A DNA stretch of 64,000 nucleotides from an uncultured Bacteroidota bacterium (lineage in GTDB: Bacteria > Bacteroidota > Bacteroidia > Bacteroidales > JAAUTT01), in the NCBI GenBank assembly GCA_963846585.1, contig CAWJWO010000003.1:140505-204504 (forward strand), written 5' to 3'. Below the pieces are notes generated by a model. It was not told where the DNA came from. It did no database searches and saw only the letters and a program-made list of their open reading frames with translations. The translations under genes were made by a program, and so were the position numbers. Below, one piece after another: positions 36,298 to 44,218 of the stretch. Every line of letters starts with the position of its first letter. Within the stretch, counting starts at the first letter, position 1.

Positions 36298-36909
36298 ATG
36301 AAAAAAATCACTTTAATAATAGGCATGCTTGTGTCATTAAACACAATAATGTTTTCAGAAGGTTATAAAACCGGTGATAATGCATCCGACTTTAAACTGA
36401 AAAACGTAGACGGAAAATTTGTTTCCCTGGCAGACTTCCCCAACGCCAAAGGTTTCGTGGTTATTTTTACGTGTAACCATTGTCCGTTTGCAAAAGCTTA
36501 CCAGGACAGGATTATAGAAATAGATAGAAAATATAAACAGTTAGGATATCCTGTGGTTGCAATAAATTCTAACGATCCGGGTCTCTCGCCTGAAGATTCA
36601 TATGATCAGATGATTGTAAGGGCCAAAGAAAAAGGTTTCACCTTCCCGTATTTGTTTGATGAAACCCAGACTGTATATCGTACTTATGGCGCTACAAGGA
36701 CACCACATGTATTTCTGCTTCAAAAGCAGGGTAAGAATTTAGTTGTGAAATATATTGGTGCAATAGACGATAATTACGAGGATGCAACAAAAGTGTCCCA
36801 ACCTTATCTTGCAAATGCTTTAAATAGTGTAATAGCAGGCAAATCTCCCGATCCGTCATATACCAAAGCTATAGGCTGTTCCATTAAAGATAAAACTGCT
36901 TCTAATTAA
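36298..36909 (+). CDS. Thioredoxin-fold (redoxin/AhpC-TSA-like) protein
   Basis: 203 aa with a signal peptide and CxxC motif FTCNHCPFAKAY. Starts 13 nt after the TlpA-like gene. Confidence 0.7.
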   Translation: MKKITLIIGMLVSLNTIMFSEGYKTGDNASDFKLKNVDGKFVSLADFPNAKGFVVIFTCNHCPFAKAYQDRIIEIDRKYKQLGYPVVAINSNDPGLSPEDSYDQMIVRAKEKGFTFPYLFDETQTVYRTYGATRTPHVFLLQKQGKNLVVKYIGAIDDNYEDATKVSQPYLANALNSVIAGKSPDPSYTKAIGCSIKDKTASN

Positions 36910-36910
36910 T

Positions 36911-37029
36911 TGTCAGCAAGAAAACACCAATATCTTCGTTATGCTCATCATAAAAATGCTCATTTACTAAAGTAAACTGCGCTTTTTATGATTTCGCATG
37001 CCTTGATCTTGGCGTTTTCTTATCTGACA
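36911..37029. repeat. 119-bp imperfect palindrome made of two inverted copies of the ~57-bp module (MITE/REP-like or structured RNA)
   Basis: Left arm TGTCAGCAAGAAAACACCAATATCTTCGTTATGCTCATCATAAAAATGCTCATTTAC. The reverse complement of the right arm is TGTCAGATAAGAAAACGCCAAGATCAAGGCATGCGAAATCATAAAAAGCGCAGTTTAC. Centre is TAAA. Begins 1 nt after a stop codon. Confidence 0.85.
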
Positions 37030-37086
37030 AGATTTAAGTAAATAGATTTTTATATTGTAATTTGACTTTAATGGCAATAGTTTGGA

Positions 37087-37190
37087 TCATAAAGTTCGTA
37101 GCCGAGGCTTGCGAAGTTTAAAAATCAGGAGTTTACTTACGTAAATGACTGATTTTTAAACGAGCGTAACGAAGGCTACGGACTTTATGG
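37087..37190. repeat. Second ~104-bp imperfect palindrome sharing the module core (CTTCGTTACGCTCGTTTAAAAATCAGTCATTTAC) but with different termini
   Basis: Arms are TCATAAAGTTCGTAGCC...GTTTAAAAATCAG..TTTAC and their inverse. A 13-bp perfect inner stem, GTTTAAAAATCAG/CTGATTTTTAAAC, flanks the centre TTACGTAA. Confidence 0.8.
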
Positions 37191-37201
37191 ACAAACTGTA
37201 A

Positions 37202-38182
37202 TTATTCGAATTCCAATGCCAACCCTATAGCAATGGGGTATAGCAAAGGACCTTTATTCGATTCAAATAACGGTGTAAGGTAATAATTTGCAAAAACCAG
37301 CAGGGAATGATAGCCAACCCTTGCCGTTACTCCATATCTGAAAGGATTAAGGTTGAAATCGTCATAATTTTTAGCAGTTTTTTCATTGCCATTGGCAGTA
37401 TATATAACTTTAGTGTGATCACCAAGCTTCAAGGCCCCAATAATTCCTGCTGAAAAATTAATCCCGTCATTAAACTTAATTTCAAAAATTATTGGAATAG
37501 TAAGGAAAACCGTTGCCAATTTGCTCTTTTCTATTGCAGTATCTTTTAAGTTATAATAATATCCAATTGTATTGCCGTTTATATCTTTACCCAAGGTATT
37601 ATTATTCTCAAAATAGTAATTGCATAATTCAAGACCTAACCCGGTAACTGCTCCAAATTTATCAGAAACAATACCAAAACTGTGCTGGAAAAAATTTATA
37701 TTAAAATCCAGTGATCTGCTGGTCCTGATATTCATAAAACTGTTTGATGAATTCCGCACGATTGAAAAATTATTGTCCGCAAAATTATTTAATGCCAACT
37801 CAATTCCGGCATATTGACCCTTGAACCTGTGATGTTTATCATAATTATTCTTGTTATTATCTTCATAACCGTTATCTTCAAAATCGTCATTTTTAATATC
37901 AGAAACGGTATCATTTTGACCCTTTGTTTTAATAGTAATAACCGTTCCATTGGACGTTTTGGTTATAATTACCATTTTATTACCAATCCTTAAACGTGTG
38001 GTATCTTTTTTATGTTCAACATTACTAATCGTATTATTATCAACTATTACTCTTGTACTGTCTTTATCTTTAACTACTGTAAGAGTATTATCATCAACTT
38101 TAACCGTTGTAGAGTCAGCCTGACTGTATAATGTTATCATATACAGCATTAATCCTGACAGAATTAAGTATGTTTTTTTCAT
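37202..38182 (-). CDS. Outer-membrane beta-barrel (porin-family) protein
   Basis: 326 aa with a signal peptide. The C-terminal half has alternating beta-strand patterns ending ..YPIAIGLALEFE. Lies downstream of the sigma/anti-sigma pair. Confidence 0.55.
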   Translation of the reverse strand: MKKTYLILSGLMLYMITLYSQADSTTVKVDDNTLTVVKDKDSTRVIVDNNTISNVEHKKDTTRLRIGNKMVIITKTSNGTVITIKTKGQNDTVSDIKNDDFEDNGYEDNNKNNYDKHHRFKGQYAGIELALNNFADNNFSIVRNSSNSFMNIRTSRSLDFNINFFQHSFGIVSDKFGAVTGLGLELCNYYFENNNTLGKDINGNTIGYYYNLKDTAIEKSKLATVFLTIPIIFEIKFNDGINFSAGIIGALKLGDHTKVIYTANGNEKTAKNYDDFNLNPFRYGVTARVGYHSLLVFANYYLTPLFESNKGPLLYPIAIGLALEFE

Positions 38183-38250
38183 ATAATCTTTTTTAAATGG
38201 ATTATTATATAAACTTTCAGGAATAGGACGGATATGGGAGATTAAAAGTT

Positions 38251-38313
38251 ACAGGTTACAGGTTACAGGTTGCAGGTTACAGGTTACAGGTTGCAGGTTG
38301 CTGATTACAGGTT
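38251..38313. repeat. (RCAGGTT)x9 heptamer array abutting the anti-sigma stop codon
   Basis: ACAGGTT x3, GCAGGTT, ACAGGTT x2, GCAGGTT, GCTGATT, ACAGGTT. The TAA stop (38312-38314) overlaps the array by 2 nt. Confidence 0.95.
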
Positions 38314-39343
38314 ATTGGGTATTTTTTGATTGGTAAAAACCGATCAGAGGCGTTTCAAAAGATATTATTTTTCTTGATTTTCCCTTTTTATTTGAAAATT
38401 TCAAATAATTACCAGTTATATCGTTGATTTGTTGAATTTTAGATTTAACAAATGCCATTATTACTGAACTCGCATAATTGTTAATTATTGAATCAGGCTT
38501 TGACCTTGCCAATAAATTCATAGGGTCTATAGTATCTCTTGTAGAATTTATCAGTTTTATTGTCCTGGCGGGAATTATATTTAATTCCAATACATAAAGG
38601 GTCCTGTCAGGATTCAAATCATTATCGGACGATAATTTATCCACGCTATCTGTTAAGTTTGTTATTCCTGTATCTTTAACAGTCCGAATAATATTCCTTT
38701 TTGTATATTGCTGATATGCCTGACTGAATATGACTTTATTTGAGGTACTGTTTTTAGTTATGTTTTGGCTGATAGCTATATGTTTTTGATTCTTAGGAAC
38801 TGAAATTGATATTTTATTAATATGGTTAATATCACTTTTATTATATCGTGAAAAAACCGATGCTATCACCAGAAAAACAACTATTGATGCAGCTATTCCC
38901 AATAAGCCGGCAACCGACACTGAACCTATATTATGCCTCTTTAATCTTCCTTTATACTGGTACCGGATTGTATTATCGGGCTGAAACCTTGATTTTGTAA
39001 ACAATTCAAAATCTTTTGATTTAGAAGGATTGTTAATGATAAACTTTTTTAACTCATCTTTCTGGATATCAGAAAGGTCATCTTCAGTATAAGCAATGCA
39101 AAAGTCATTAAAATTATAACGGTTTACAGGTAATTGCAGTTTTTTACCTTTTTTCAGGTATTCTTTATCAGCAAATGAAATATTATCCTGATTTACAGGC
39201 TTAACTTCCATTTCTTCCAGTTGCTGCTTAATATCAGGATTTTCAGATAAAAACAATAGAAAGTATTCCATCTCCGGTGGACTAAGTTTGCCTTCGAGGT
39301 AATCTATGCAATATTGTTCGTAATTATTTCTATTTATGATCAT
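38312..39343 (-). CDS. Putative membrane-anchored anti-sigma factor
   Basis: 343 aa. The N-terminal YCIDYLEGKLSPPEMEYFLLFLSENPD segment is typical of Bacteroidota anti-sigma N-termini. Single TM (VAGLLGIAASIVVFLVIASVF). Sits downstream of an ECF sigma gene. Confidence 0.55.
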   Translation of the reverse strand: MIINRNNYEQYCIDYLEGKLSPPEMEYFLLFLSENPDIKQQLEEMEVKPVNQDNISFADKEYLKKGKKLQLPVNRYNFNDFCIAYTEDDLSDIQKDELKKFIINNPSKSKDFELFTKSRFQPDNTIRYQYKGRLKRHNIGSVSVAGLLGIAASIVVFLVIASVFSRYNKSDINHINKISISVPKNQKHIAISQNITKNSTSNKVIFSQAYQQYTKRNIIRTVKDTGITNLTDSVDKLSSDNDLNPDRTLYVLELNIIPARTIKLINSTRDTIDPMNLLARSKPDSIINNYASSVIMAFVKSKIQQINDITGNYLKFSNKKGKSRKIISFETPLIGFYQSKNTQ

Positions 39344-39360
39344 TGCATTTGTTTAATTTA

Positions 39361-39575
39361 GAACCAGGAACCAAGACCTGAAAATAGTTGTTAGTTTTTA
39401 GTTGCTGGTTGTTAGTATATAGATTTTAGTGCATAGTGCTTAGTGCTTAGTATTTAACAACCTTTATAATTTATATAAACATTATAAACTTTAAACGAAT
39501 AAACAAATAAACGAATAAACTAAATAAGCACTATGCATCAAACACTATGCACTAAGCACTATGCACTATGCACTA
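39361..39575. repeat. Composite STR block between ECF sigma and anti-sigma genes: GAACCAGG at 39361-39378, TAGTTGY at 39385-39417, TAGTGCW at 39427-39452, (AAACGAAT/AAACAAAT) at 39493-39527, inverted GCACTAW at 39528-39575
   Basis: Read directly. The arrays at 39427-39452 and 39528-39575 are reverse complements of each other. Confidence 0.9.
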
Positions 39576-40058
39576 AATTACCGCCTCAGGACTCCCGATA
39601 TAATTCTTTAAAAAGAGCCTTGCCCTGTAAATGTATACTTTCACCTGAGATTCATTAAGTTCGGTTATTTTACCAATTTCTTCATATGAATATCCTTCAT
39701 AATCCCTGAGCAATACAACAGACTTTTGAATTTCAGGCAGCATTTCCAAACCCTTGTCGAGAACTTCACTAAGATCGGAATACTGATTGTTATGAATTAA
39801 AGCTTCGGGTTTAACCTCATTAAAGTTACCTTGTTTTTTTTCATGTCGTAACAAGTCAATAATCAGGTGATAAGCTGTAGTAAATAGGTATGATTTTGAT
39901 TTTTCGAATTGCACCTCATCAACCCTTATCCATAATTTTTCAAAGCTATCCTGCACAATATCAGATGATTTATCTTTATCCTTCAGATTTTTAAGGATAA
40001 ATCTGTAGAGATTATCAGAAAATAAATCAACACATGTATTGAATTCCCCGGTAGTCAT
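39573..40058 (-). CDS. ECF-type RNA polymerase sigma-70 family factor
   Basis: 161 aa. Region 2 (..DIVQDSFEKLW...YLFTTAYHLIIDLLR) and region 4 HTH (..VVLLRDYEGYSYEEIGKITELNESQVKVYIYRAR). Confidence 0.85.
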   Translation of the reverse strand: MTTGEFNTCVDLFSDNLYRFILKNLKDKDKSSDIVQDSFEKLWIRVDEVQFEKSKSYLFTTAYHLIIDLLRHEKKQGNFNEVKPEALIHNNQYSDLSEVLDKGLEMLPEIQKSVVLLRDYEGYSYEEIGKITELNESQVKVYIYRARLFLKNYIGSPEAVI

Positions 40059-40317
40059 TAAAAATATACACTCATTTTTACTATGACGGGTATAACATAT
40101 AAAAAGTTACAGCTGTTATTGTAACATTTTGGTCACTTAACCGTCATACGATTAACAATTTTAAAATTAATTTCATTACCATCTCCAATTTTGCATAATA
40201 AAATTTTATTATGATAAAAACAAACAACAGACATTATTTACAAGTGTTGATTTTAAATTATATTAAGATATTGGGTTCAGTATAGGTGCCGGATACAATT
40301 TCAGCAATAAAATGAGC

Positions 40318-40416
40318 TTATATAACAATATTGCTAGCTAACAACCTAACATCCTCAAAAATCTCTTTGGATTTTAAAACCCGATAATCAATATAATCTT
40401 GCTTTGTGCCAGGCAT
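40318..40416 (-). pseudogene. Truncated HEPN-domain toxin remnant (32 codons) coupled to the MNT gene
   Basis: I translated this by hand as MPGTKQDYIDYRVLKSKEIFEDVRLLASNIVI*. Its ATG overlaps the MNT stop (TAATG). The sequence resembles the first helix of HEPN partners of MNT nucleotidyltransferases, but stops after 32 aa where about 110-130 would be expected. Confidence 0.55.
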
Positions 40417-40736
40417 TATAAATAAATCCCCTCTCTTTTAATATTTTGATAAAGAGGAGTAATTCCATGTTTTTGCTCCCACTCACTTTTTGAAAATACA
40501 AATGTTGAAATAGGTTCTCCTATTTCAAGCTCAATATCAAAAAGTTCATCTCTATATTCTTTCTCTATCATTCGAGTAACATCGGTTTGATTAAGAAGTA
40601 TCAATATATCCCAATCTGAATCATTATGGGATTGTCCACGAGCATGTGAACCAAAAAGAATTATATCAGCAGAAGGATTTTTCTTCTTAATCCTTGCCTT
40701 AATCAATTGTGTGATATTAATTTCCTTTGTATTCAT
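40416..40736 (-). CDS. MNT-type nucleotidyltransferase-domain protein (antitoxin-like)
   Basis: Minimal NTase motif ILFGSHARG......SDWDILIL. The likely start is ATG at 40736 (MNTKEINITQ); the ORF track extends to 40778. Confidence 0.8.
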   Translation of the reverse strand: MNTKEINITQLIKARIKKKNPSADIILFGSHARGQSHNDSDWDILILLNQTDVTRMIEKEYRDELFDIELEIGEPISTFVFSKSEWEQKHGITPLYQNIKREGIYL

Positions 40737-40914
40737 ATAGCAAATATAACCTGAACTATGTAGATTCGCAAATAACATGATACTTCAAATTATAGCCCGG
40801 GTTTATTTCCCGTGCATAGCTTATGGGATTGTTTGGAGATCCCCGCACACCCGGGATTAAGTCCGGACTGCGTTCTATAGTATAGCTTATATAGAAAAAG
40901 AATTTAGTATCTTT

Positions 40915-41106
40915 GTGAAAAATATGCATATGAGCACTAAAACTGTAAAACCAACCAAGGAAAAAAGTTGGGCTCTTCCTGGAGCAAAGTTTACACATGT
41001 AGAATTTGTTGAGAAAATACGCAAAGCTGAAGAAGGCCCTTTCTACACGCTTGTAGAAATAAAAGAAATGCGTAAACAATGGAAGAATTCAAAGAAAGAC
41101 CTGTAG
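40915..41106 (+). CDS. Small putative antitoxin (positional call)
   Basis: 63-aa ORF (GTG at 40915; alternative ATGs at 40924 and 40930) immediately upstream of the ParE/RelE-like toxin gene, overlapping it by 28 nt. Confidence 0.45.
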   Translation: MKNMHMSTKTVKPTKEKSWALPGAKFTHVEFVEKIRKAEEGPFYTLVEIKEMRKQWKNSKKDL

Positions 41107-41414
41107 CGTATTCCAAACAATATGCAATAGATACACTTGAAATATATCTCTACGGTATAGAAACTTTTGGAGAATACCTAGCCAATAAATACGAAGATCT
41201 TATAGATAAAATTACATCCGAACTTTCTCAAAATTATTGGATGTACCCTGAATGTAGACATTTACCCACAAAAGGACATATATATCGGAATGTCATTCTT
41301 GAATCTCATTTGATTATTTACCGTGTAAAGACTGAAAGATTAGAAGTGCTGGGTGTTTTTCACTCCAAATCAAGTATTACCAGGATAAGAACAGCCCGCA
41401 ATCTTAAAATTTAA
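41079..41414 (+). CDS. ParE/RelE-family type II toxin
   Basis: 111 aa. Pattern ..YSKQYAIDTLEIYLY....G......YEDLIDKI...L...P..........YR......HLIIYRV....LEVLGVFH is typical of ParE-like toxins. Confidence 0.65.
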   Translation: MEEFKERPVAYSKQYAIDTLEIYLYGIETFGEYLANKYEDLIDKITSELSQNYWMYPECRHLPTKGHIYRNVILESHLIIYRVKTERLEVLGVFHSKSSITRIRTARNLKI

Positions 41415-41426
41415 TGCAGGATTTCT

Positions 41427-42191
41427 TTAACCCTCCCAATTTCTAAAAAACTTCTTGCTATAAGCCACACAAAATACCAGTATAATTGCTGAACTTATAA
41501 AAGGCTGCCAATGCATAGCCGATTCCTTTAAAATACATTGAGTTTCGTCAGGTAAATGAGTCGGGGAATATAACCCGGCTTTACCGAGCATAGAAATACC
41601 CACTGATAAAAAGGTAGTACCCAATGCCAAAATACCTGCTAATAAAGAAGTTTTGACCAAAATGCTATAAAAAATAGTAATAAACTGAATGACTATTAAA
41701 TACAAAAGTAAGACAAACACAATTTTAGTAATAACAATAATTGGAAATGATCCAAAAAAAACATGTGTGTACAATACTATCGTAATATATCCTGCAAACA
41801 TGGAAACAAAAAGGGAAATCAATTGAGATGAAAACTTGCTAAAAATAAACAGATTTCTTGAAACAGGTTTAACAAGCAAAAAAACAGCCGTTCCAGTTTC
41901 CTTTTCCTTTGCGACTGTCCCCATATTCAGCAGAATTAATATAAAAACACCCAGTTGAGAAATATTTTTTGTGTATTGCGCGATTGCATCTTTCCATGTA
42001 CTTTCAGGAACTTTTATATAGATATTTTGGTCTTTCATCGTGGAAGAAAGCATTGCCGGTAAATATTTTGCAAGAAGAGGAGAAATGATTCCAAAAAATA
42101 TAAATACCACAACTAAAATTATAAAACGCCCCGACCTTATTTGTTCAATCAACTCTTTATGGATAAGCACCCCAAATTGGTTTGTTTTCAT
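41427..42191 (-). CDS. ABC-2 type transporter permease
   Basis: 254 aa with 6 predicted TM segments. Starts 10 nt downstream of the ABC ATPase gene. Confidence 0.7.
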   Translation of the reverse strand: MKTNQFGVLIHKELIEQIRSGRFIILVVVFIFFGIISPLLAKYLPAMLSSTMKDQNIYIKVPESTWKDAIAQYTKNISQLGVFILILLNMGTVAKEKETGTAVFLLVKPVSRNLFIFSKFSSQLISLFVSMFAGYITIVLYTHVFFGSFPIIVITKIVFVLLLYLIVIQFITIFYSILVKTSLLAGILALGTTFLSVGISMLGKAGLYSPTHLPDETQCILKESAMHWQPFISSAIILVFCVAYSKKFFRNWEG

Positions 42192-42201
42192 TTGATTGGA
42201 A

Positions 42202-43125
42202 TTATTGTAACAACTTCACAAAAATATCTTCAAGGTTGGCATCTAAAATTTCAAACTTGCTGACAGAAAAATGTTTTACAGAAATAAATTCAAAAATTTC
42301 ATTCTTAATTTGCTCAATATTCAATGCATTTATCCGTAATTTATTATTTTCATCATTAGAAACAATATCCCAATTCAGGTCGCGTACAGAATTTATAAAT
42401 GATTGCATTGACTCACCGGTTTCAAACACCATTTCGATTTGCCGGGACGAATACTTCTTTTTCAACTCCTGCATGGATCCCTGAATCACCAATTTTCCTT
42501 TATCGATAATGGCAACTGCATCACATATTCTTTCAACATCAGAAAGAATATGTGTAGACATAAAAATGGTTATGTCCTTTTTAAGATGCATGATAAATTC
42601 CAATATTTTTTTTCTGCCCATTGGATCAAGTGCTGAAGTCGGTTCATCCAAAAACAATACATCAGGTTTGCCCATCAGTGCCTGTGCTATCCCCAACCGT
42701 TGGAGCATCCCCCCTGAATAAGCTGAGATTTTTTTATTTGCTGCTTCACTCAAACCTGCAATGTCTAATAATTCACCGGCCCTTTTTTTGCTTTCAACAT
42801 GGGAAAAACCAAATACCTTTCCAACAAATACCAATAGTTCCATGCCTCTCATAAAACCGTACATCCTGGGTTCCTGACCAAGATACCCGATTTTTTGCCT
42901 CAGCCGGATTGAGTTTGCTTTTACTTCCTCGCCGGCTACAGTGGCTTCACCACTAGTGGGTTTCATCAATCCTGTTAAAATCTTTATTGTAGTAGTTTTC
43001 CCTGAACCATTGGGACCCAGAAAACCAAATACAGTATTCTCCTTCACAGATAAGTCAAGGCCGCTTAAAGCAAACAAGGATTCACCCGCATACCGTTTTT
43101 TTATGCCACTACAGTTTATTATCAT
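42202..43125 (-). CDS. ABC transporter ATP-binding protein
   Basis: 307 aa. Walker A GPNGSGKTT, signature YSGGMLQR, Walker B VLFLDEPTSALD. Confidence 0.88.
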   Translation of the reverse strand: MIINCSGIKKRYAGESLFALSGLDLSVKENTVFGFLGPNGSGKTTTIKILTGLMKPTSGEATVAGEEVKANSIRLRQKIGYLGQEPRMYGFMRGMELLVFVGKVFGFSHVESKKRAGELLDIAGLSEAANKKISAYSGGMLQRLGIAQALMGKPDVLFLDEPTSALDPMGRKKILEFIMHLKKDITIFMSTHILSDVERICDAVAIIDKGKLVIQGSMQELKKKYSSRQIEMVFETGESMQSFINSVRDLNWDIVSNDENNKLRINALNIEQIKNEIFEFISVKHFSVSKFEILDANLEDIFVKLLQ

Positions 43126-43321
43126 CCGGGGTTTTGATTAGGACAATATAAAGGATAGACCCGATAAAGGATATACAGATAAATAAAGCCAGCCATAACC
43201 ATTTGCTCATCCATCTGAATTGTTTTCTTTTCAGCCAGTCGAAAAGGCAATACAGAATCAGTCCGAACTGTATAATAACTATAGGAATGATTGCCCACAA
43301 ATTCATCATCTCATTTTTCAT
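43109..43321 (-). CDS. PLD-nuclease-N-terminal-domain (PLDc_N) small membrane protein
   Basis: 70 aa with two TM helices and a conserved W...........G...Y layout (..KWLWLALFICISFIGSILYIVL). Overlaps the ABC ATPase start by 17 nt. Confidence 0.55.
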   Translation of the reverse strand: MKNEMMNLWAIIPIVIIQFGLILYCLFDWLKRKQFRWMSKWLWLALFICISFIGSILYIVLIKTPDDNKL

Positions 43322-43388
43322 ATTATTTTATATTATAAATCCTTATATTATCCTTCCGTTTATAAAGTTAAATTTTTCATAGGTTACA

Positions 43389-43607
43389 TTATTTTAATAT
43401 GAATTGCGATAACACTATAATTAATACAATACAAATAAATAATATCCAGGCATATGGACTTGTAAAATTTACAGTCCAACCCAATAGTGGATAAATTTTG
43501 GGAACAATTAACCCAGGGTCTTTACGATTATAGTAAAATGGGCCTTTCCAATTACCCGGGTCTTTCCTCATCGTATCAAGGATTTCTTTTTCAATTTTAA
43601 TTTTCAT
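43389..43607 (-). CDS. DUF5808-like small membrane protein
   Basis: 72 aa. The motif WKGPFYYNRKDPGLIVPK....GWTVNF resembles the DUF5808 signature. Confidence 0.55.
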   Translation of the reverse strand: MKIKIEKEILDTMRKDPGNWKGPFYYNRKDPGLIVPKIYPLLGWTVNFTSPYAWILFICIVLIIVLSQFILK

Positions 43608-44218
43608 AATAAGTGCGTGTTGTATATTGAAATCAGATACAGAGAAAACAACAAAGTCAGAATTATTGAAATTATAAATACGATGATAAAAAGTACAACT
43701 GATTTTGTTCCTTTCAGGTTTGCAGAAAGTCTGATCGCGTTAAACATAAGTGTGATCATCCATATTGTAGTTAATAAATTAAAAATCATCAAGGAGACAG
43801 CAATTATAACATTACCTGTTGTTAAATTAACCGGATTACCGTAATGAAGTCCTTTCCAAAGTATATATTTTGAAAATAGATTATAGGAATTTGAGAAGAA
43901 GCCTGTAAATGAAGCAAAGAAATATGGATATCGTGCCAGTGCCTGTGTACCTATGATATCGATAAAACGCACCGAAGATGCTGAAAAAATGATGGTCCCT
44001 AAATATAATATTATAGAAAAAATAAGCCAGTTCGCGAGACTTTGAATTATAAAATAGCAAAGTGGAAAGGAAGGACAAAGTTTTACAGAAATTAAATCAG
44101 GAAAATGTGTATGGCTTAAAAATCCTATACAAGCTGTGGCCAATATGATTAAAATTCCTGCAATAAGAGATTTTACACCTGCAATAAATTTAAACGGATT
44201 AAATAAAATTGAAATCAT
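43604..44218 (-). CDS. Multi-pass membrane protein (hypothetical; Yip1-like topology)
   Basis: 204 aa with about 5 TM segments. Its start overlaps the upstream gene and its stop overlaps the downstream gene, each as a 4-nt ATGA overlap. Confidence 0.5.
   Translation of the reverse strand: MISILFNPFKFIAGVKSLIAGILIILATACIGFLSHTHFPDLISVKLCPSFPLCYFIIQSLANWLIFSIILYLGTIIFSASSVRFIDIIGTQALARYPYFFASFTGFFSNSYNLFSKYILWKGLHYGNPVNLTTGNVIIAVSLMIFNLLTTIWMITLMFNAIRLSANLKGTKSVVLFIIVFIISIILTLLFSLYLISIYNTHLL

Noticed and set aside
40756-41079. 107-aa minus-strand ORF spanning the spacer between the two TA modules
   Set aside because: It overlaps the MNT start and the antitoxin-like ORF and has an implausible composition. 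It is more likely non-coding; see the GC-rich segment finding.
42182-43141. Several plus-strand ORFs (42182-42484, 42439-42636, 42509-42721, 42621-42854, 42941-43141) opposite the ABC ATPase gene
   Set aside because: They are antisense to a gene with complete Walker A, signature and Walker B motifs. They are shadow ORFs.
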